Source of the DNA: Psammoneis japonica
Taxonomy: Eukaryota
DNA length: 64,000 bases
Assembly: GCA_008632985.1 (NCBI GenBank)
Contig: QPGO01000015.1
Coordinates: 249,998-313,997 of the forward strand
Direction: 5' to 3'
Shown in pieces: positions 59,101-64,000 of the stretch. The notes beneath the pieces are model-generated. The model was given only the letters and a program-made list of their open reading frames with translations, was not told the origin of the DNA and made no database searches. Each line of letters starts with the position of its first letter. The stretch's first letter is position 1. The position numbers and the translations under genes are program-made.

Positions 59101-61240
59101 GAACAACTGCGCACAGCGCTTGTTTCGCCTCTTCGTAGTTCTTCTTTCTATCTTGATCATCTTCGCCATATTGAACCTGTGTCGCCGTCGAAACCCACGT
59201 GTTCAGAGACTGAAACAGAGTTTCTACTTGACCGTGAGGACAGGTTCGGATGGCAACAGCAAATGCCTCGGTGAATTTCTGATCAAAAGTGATGGCGACT
59301 AGAATTCTGAAACAGCAGTCGCGAGTGTCTTGAGTATCCGGTCCCTGCATTTTATTAACAATAGACAAGAACTCCCCCAAGAAGTGATCCAGTTGTCTGA
59401 GCTTCTCATAAGTTTTTACCACGGTCACAATAAATTCCACGAGCCTGTGAAACGTAACATTATATTGCGCTGTATCCAGCAGATGAGACGCGCGAAGGAT
59501 GCATAGCGAGAAAACTTGCGACAATCTTTCGTGGACAAACAGATGGTTCAAGCGAGTCAGACTTTGGAAGATGGAAACCATCTCACTCGTTTCCTCGGCA
59601 CATATCTGAGAAGTTTTATCCACTGTCATGCGTTTCATTACGTTTGCTGCAACCCAATCCACATAATCAAAACGACGACTGTCTTTGTCTTCATATGACG
59701 GTAGATAAACATCGTGTTTCAATAGGAGCGAAAGGCAATGATCAAGTGAACTCAATAAGCATAGGCTAACGTTGCTGCGTGTCTCGTTTGTGCCCGAATT
59801 GGAGAATGGAATAAAAAGGCAAGAAAGTATGGGACACGCGATGACATTGCACCAGAAACGAAACTGCAAATCAGCAATTTGCATAGATCCTAATCGTTTC
59901 TTTCCCCGATGTGACGCTCCGCCGCCACTCATCTGACGACATTTCCATTCATTCGTCATCACCACGAAGCCCTCCAGAAGAAGCGGAGAAAGATATGCGG
60001 CAGCGATCACGCTTTCTTTGTCCCTAGCCTCGTCAGTAGCCACGGAGCTCACCATCTCGTTTATCGAGCGTTCAAGATTCTCTTGGTAGCAGTGTATCTG
60101 AGAGCCTTTGCCTTGTTCATGGTCTCCCTCTTTAGTGTTTCTTTCCCGTGCTGCTCCAGCTGTCGTGGTGCCTATTTCACTGTCCGTGGCCGGAGTGACC
60201 CTTGGAACCGACATGGGCATACTGTAAAAACCTTCAATGTTGGTGGAAGGATCAAATAATCCTTTCCACAAGAGCTCCCGTATCACTTCTTGTGACCTTG
60301 TTACCAGCTCTATAGACTCATCTTGAACGGTATGTACGTCGTAGAGTCGTGACAAGGATACCAGAACTGGGACGGATGAGAGCAAGTTGAAGATCTTCTT
60401 GGGGCTGGCCACTCCAAGTCGCAGAAGTTTGCGAAGCAGCGAAACTGTTGAAAGAATCACTTGCGCACACGCTCTAGATATCGTCAACGTCGAGCTCGTA
60501 TCGTCCTGTTGAAAAGCTTTGACGTGTGAGTGAATAGATCCAAGCAGTGAGAGGCATGCTACGTCCATGGTTGGACGGTAGAGTTGGTCGGTGAGACGTT
60601 CATAGCATCTGGCTGCACACGCTGTTAACGAATTCAGATCCTCCTCCGTTTCTCCCCCGTCTTCTATATCGGCATAGCTCGTGCTAGCTCTTGTCGCGTG
60701 CAAAGCAAAATATGGGATCAACTTGTTGAGTGCGCTTTGCGTCAGAATTGACGATGCCACGCCCAATTCCTGCCTTGTCTCATCAACGTTTCGGTCTGAA
60801 CCTTGCGAGAAATAGAACACGTCTAAGCAGCGTAAAATCGTTTCCCAGTACTGTCTCTCTAACCCCGTCACCTCTTGAAACTCTGAGACGCCTTGTGCGC
60901 AAGTAGTTGTTGATATCTGGACAAGGTGTTTGGTTGCCCACGGCAGAAGCATAGCTGCAACATCTCGTTTCGATACTAACGAATTTGTCGCATCACCAGA
61001 CAAGTAAACAAGGAGAGCATCAACCGTGTGGGAAATTCCTTTGTCCCCATCAGGCTGACTTGATCCATTCAGAAAGTCTTGTACGACTTCAAGGATGTCA
61101 TCGCCACTACTACTCTGCTTGTGGGACGCGTTTTCCCTGTCGTTTCTTGACAACAAAAAGGGATTGGGACGCTGTAATATTTCCTGGTGACTCTTTTTCC
61201 CATGTGGAGAGGCGGCATCACTTCTTCTTTTCCGTTTCAT
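56153..61240 (-). CDS. URB2: Nucleolar pre-ribosome factor Urb2/Npa2-like (1695 aa, intronless)
   Basis: N-terminal NLS (MKRKRR). C-terminal Urb2-like domain ...LVPAIYHILD....KALFRSVYQGYQKHHIYRG. Confidence 0.8.
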   Translation of the reverse strand: MKRKRRSDAASPHGKKSHQEILQRPNPFLLSRNDRENASHKQSSSGDDILEVVQDFLNGSSQPDGDKGISHTVDALLVYLSGDATNSLVSKRDVAAMLLPWATKHLVQISTTTCAQGVSEFQEVTGLERQYWETILRCLDVFYFSQGSDRNVDETRQELGVASSILTQSALNKLIPYFALHATRASTSYADIEDGGETEEDLNSLTACAARCYERLTDQLYRPTMDVACLSLLGSIHSHVKAFQQDDTSSTLTISRACAQVILSTVSLLRKLLRLGVASPKKIFNLLSSVPVLVSLSRLYDVHTVQDESIELVTRSQEVIRELLWKGLFDPSTNIEGFYSMPMSVPRVTPATDSEIGTTTAGAARERNTKEGDHEQGKGSQIHCYQENLERSINEMVSSVATDEARDKESVIAAAYLSPLLLEGFVVMTNEWKCRQMSGGGASHRGKKRLGSMQIADLQFRFWCNVIACPILSCLFIPFSNSGTNETRSNVSLCLLSSLDHCLSLLLKHDVYLPSYEDKDSRRFDYVDWVAANVMKRMTVDKTSQICAEETSEMVSIFQSLTRLNHLFVHERLSQVFSLCILRASHLLDTAQYNVTFHRLVEFIVTVVKTYEKLRQLDHFLGEFLSIVNKMQGPDTQDTRDCCFRILVAITFDQKFTEAFAVAIRTCPHGQVETLFQSLNTWVSTATQVQYGEDDQDRKKNYEEAKQALCAVVHIFILVIRNVRVDQYTALNIARFCQDTLKASTLPLLSENSIATESGVSQCISRIKHGLVLAGWLVDLQTRCEFWLGGENERNTEAVAVNEKISAFLSNAVQSVSSQRKSSLASANRASTFNSSLRELQFLACYRIQYLYSKIYDRGQVERTGEDSIEEGSTELIEEARSLVKFAFQVASAGHEANNDNENQSYLESELSRSRWTILAQTIPFWAAYSETLHVKTFLRWFFYTLAVPDEHSGQSERVNVSVFPSGEPVAYDVLSHDRRVTTSLLRDASFFEVGAVATWFVRVGYSCALRMFQESMIDPIPSTHNQNTLFFKDINLFSIPDDSSWSPLSAGDLTMLFSTKGMPKHNQFTMESLKDKEASRGLRILSVLNAAAEMSQSSADHSIQLDSAMRLDVFSWLLHSACTSLHSNVRIVQIACAARKAATMALNNNTQPWIGTKNDECLRTIMNGICRSAMAMLASPYSSRDQKRLLMETGQLVDAIFSHCVTVSQQANIFVKAFDDLLRSSTDDVGCRVRVNLAGPVMKRILTLSNQYRQHAAQSQDEPERQVMLASDVIVRLVQSVYSHLWKFMVTSTVEESDTISNDTFTQAECMVLLGDMIRVLGTYDCGFDADQKAEIFNSAAHICKSVLCALSEEGGKADSNLRSSAMYFLACVFGDSCTVFQKVWSSDISSAFLTIVRSRFLSSAGEPSPLLNAAMSGIATNLDTDTLRSFLHQILVLTRTSHRVDSTLCSVHVYTLLLLSLKGLEQREILSEVSRSLLSLSLDLFAPSTGEASLSEGVCVQVATKAILAMMENKDVVVLRERDLATILSSVNASLAFERSRTSQTENNNVFNMCCSLVASLLQRFPKQLSTCAPSLTSTMRSLFMGVLPSSLNELERTRRAKQFARICELLSPHKDVFKKHILGIVLEFIHALRSEMDASLKNKLVPAIYHILDMMSEFETKQLNALMHSTGKALFRSVYQGYQKHHIYRGQY

Positions 61241-61761
61241 GGTGAAGGGAGGGCGTGAGATTTCGCAGATTGCGGACTATGATTTGTCGTTCGTCATGGT
61301 GAAGAAGGGGTTCCAGGTTGCTCTGCTCGGCGGCGGTGGGCGGTGCTTTACAATAGCAATCTTTCGCGCTGTGGAGTCATTACGTAGAAATCGTGTAGGA
61401 CAGTACCAAGTCAAGTCTGTCTGTCTGTCCTTAGTGAATTTTAACTTTGCGAAAAATGGATTTGACTGTTTTCTGATCAGGCGTATTTTTCTTCAACACA
61501 TTTGCAAAAATACGCCTGTCCCGATAACAGTCAAGTCCATTTTTGCACAAATTGTGTGAACATAACAGTTTCAGTACAAAAACGTGTAGATTCTACAGGC
61601 GTCCTTAATTAATTTATGGGTTATACGTCACGGGTCATTTTCAAAAGATTCCCATTGCTCGCGCGTTGGCGCGCACCCCAAGAGTATCGCACTGAGTTGA
61701 AGGCCAGACCACCACCCCAAGATATCCAAGCCAAGATCCCAAACCAAAAACGCCATGGCGC

Positions 61762-62620
61762 ATGGCGTTTGTTTTTATGGCAACGCTTTTCCTCTTATTC
61801 TTTTCTCTACTGGAAGTCGTGACAGGTTTCCAGCTATCGACACGCCCTGATCCTGTACAGAATCACGTTCCAAGAATGAGTAGTCAACAGTCAGTGTCCG
61901 CAGAGTGGGACGCAATGGCGGGCGAATGGGACGTGAGTTTCTGCTTCGTTCGTGCACTTTGCTCGCAATGTTTCTCTCGACCCGATCCCGCTCAACTAAA
62001 ATGACATCCTTTTATCCTGTCATCCAAACTTTGAAAAGGATCTGGCGTCCGGATATTCCAAAAGCTTTGTCAAGATGATGTGGGAGCATACAGGGCTGCT
62101 CGACAAGTCTGGGGATCTAATCGTTGTCGACTTTGGCTGCGGCACCGGTCTCCTTACAGAAGAGCTGCGGACTAGCGTATCACAGGTGGTTTGTATCGAC
62201 GCTGCTCCCCAAATGGTAAAGCAAGTTGAGGAGAAGATTCGGGCTGGCGAATGGCGGAATGTTCGATCTTATTGTGCTGTTCTGGGTGACCCTAAATCAT
62301 TCACTCAAGAGGTTCGTGATGTCCTGCAAGAGCTGAGAGGCAAAGTTGATCTTATTGCTGCCTCCTCTGTGTTGAGTTTTATCCCAGAGCAGGACATTGC
62401 GGAAACAATGAAGGTCTTAGGTGAGCTTCTGCGTCCCGAAGGGCTTCTGTGTCATTCCGATTGGCCAAAGAGCGAGAAGCATCCCGACGGTTTCACGCCC
62501 GAGAAAGCGAAAGGGGTGTACGAAATGGCAGGCCTCAATGAAAAATCGATGAAGGAAATATCAATGGTGATGGGTGATTACGAAGACCCGGTTTTTATTG
62601 GCGTTGCCGTCAAGCAATGA
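61762..62620 (+). CDS. Class I SAM-dependent methyltransferase, probably plastid-targeted, 2 exons
   Basis: Signal peptide ending VTG|FQL; EWDAMAGEWD | intron 61933-62038 | DLASGY; VVDFGCGTG. Confidence 0.85.
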
Positions 62621-62693
62621 GCGAGAGAGCTTTTTGCATTTTAACTCAAACAAGTTTTTAGATAACCCGTAGAGACTTCGTGATCACACATTG

Positions 62694-64000
62694 TCACTGG
62701 TTTGTTCGCAGATGTTCGTGGCTCAAAAGAAGTATTCCTGCTACTGTCAAGGAACCGCACGCAAGCCACTTAATAATCCTATTGAATCCCTGCACTTCAC
62801 GGAAATAGAAAATTCCCCACAGACCAGCGACCAACAACTGCGATTGGACAATGCTGTAGCCGACACCCTCACCCAGATTTTGTACCGCCAGAATGGAGCA
62901 AAAATTGCCTATGCTCCAAAGAAGTCCTGCTGTGGCTCCAGGTAGCCACATGATTCGAAGGTGGAAAGAAGGGAGAGCCGCAACCGAAGAGGATAGAGAC
63001 TTTGTGTTGAGGACATGGTACGAGAATCTAACAAACCACATGAGAATCAAAACCGTCGATGCTCCCACTGCAAAACTGATGATGTATCCAAGACCCTCGG
63101 CATCGCGTTTTGCGTAATGCATTGGGACAAGAATACTTCCGCCCCATATTCCATCGACGGCGGCACATACGAGCCCGACTCGATGAACATGCGCAGCAGC
63201 GGCACCACGCACAATTTGATATTCAGCTTCGCTTTCTTCCAATGAGATCTCAGCATCAGAACATTCTTCTACTGCAACTTCAGAAGCTACAACAGCATCA
63301 TCAGAGGAGATCAATGGCTTTCCAGCTCGCGTGATGGAGATGAGTCAGAACGATGCTCTGCAACGCTGTCATCACTGCTTGAATCTACTTGAGCAGGCGA
63401 AGAGAAATAACTCATACCCCACAACCCTATGATCATGAGTAGCACTGCTACAGTTGCAAACCATCGCTTTCTTACTTTCTCTCGGAAAACGAAAATACCC
63501 CAAACAAATGCCACCATGATTTTGAGAGTAGACCAAATTCCTTGACTCACCGCAAGGCCTGAGGTACGCACGGCGTAAATTCCCGCGGTCCCTCCAGGAA
63601 CCCAGAATAGACCCGAAACCAAACCCCACGGGGTGAATATTACTTTTTCTCCTGTCGTAGAACGAGAGATTCATATGGAGACTTTATAAGTACGGTCATT
63701 CGTCGATCTGCATCCACATTTTCATCGACAGCATGTACACGCAAATTTACCTAGGAGGACGACGGACCAACAAGTGAGGAAGCACATGCCTGTCTTGTAT
63801 GACTGCATCACTAGTGAATAGAAACAAGCAAAACAATGAGAAAAGAGGCAATTTCATCCTAATATGGCACCAGAAGACTCACCCAGCGGATCAATATTAA
63901 CGGAGTTGGCGGCTTCACCTTTGATCGGGACGGCGAACGAGCCAAAGGCCAAGCATGAAACGAAAGCTGCAATCCAACCGAAAGAACTCATTAGTAAATA
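62694..64000 (-). CDS. TMEM144-like (DMT superfamily) transporter; 5' end at or beyond the window edge; apparent 1-nt frameshift near 63320
   Basis: CLAFGSFAVPIK, FTPWGLVSGLFWVPG, GLAVSQGIW, AGLLWSIGN, LVAGLWGIFYFRE. Confidence 0.8.

Noticed and set aside
1..64000. tRNA, rRNA or prokaryotic defence systems
   Set aside because: No recognisable RNA gene or operon structure was seen by eye; a covariance-model search would be needed to exclude small ncRNAs.

Overview
Eukaryotic nuclear DNA, most likely a diatom: compact genes with short GT-AG introns, bipartite plastid-targeting presequences, and ShK and LRR proteins. About 30 protein-coding genes are supportable, including a sirtuin, an MDP-1 phosphatase, a plastid MoeB/ThiF-rhodanese, ABHD14, an LSm protein, an FAD monooxygenase, copine, a GH81 glucanase, bL35m, ETF-alpha, thiolase, bL32m, Urb2, a methyltransferase and a TMEM144-like transporter. 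Four blocks of repeat-derived DNA (about 5.8-8.4, 17.95-21.25, 23.6-24.85 and 34.4-42.9 kb) sit between them. The main finding is that these four blocks have lost almost all TpA dinucleotides, which appear converted to TpG/CpA. In a DIRS/Ngaro-type retrotransposon relic, conserved Tyr codons have become Cys or His (RT YVDD reads HVND). This looks like a repeat-targeted A:T->G:C hypermutation, opposite in direction to fungal RIP and separable from CpG decay. Complementary CTAG/TAG-rich islands sit at gene 3' ends and AT-rich islands at divergent promoters. Four single-base homopolymer frameshifts in ordinary genes suggest imperfect assembly polishing, so read-level validation is needed. All counts and alignments were made by eye.
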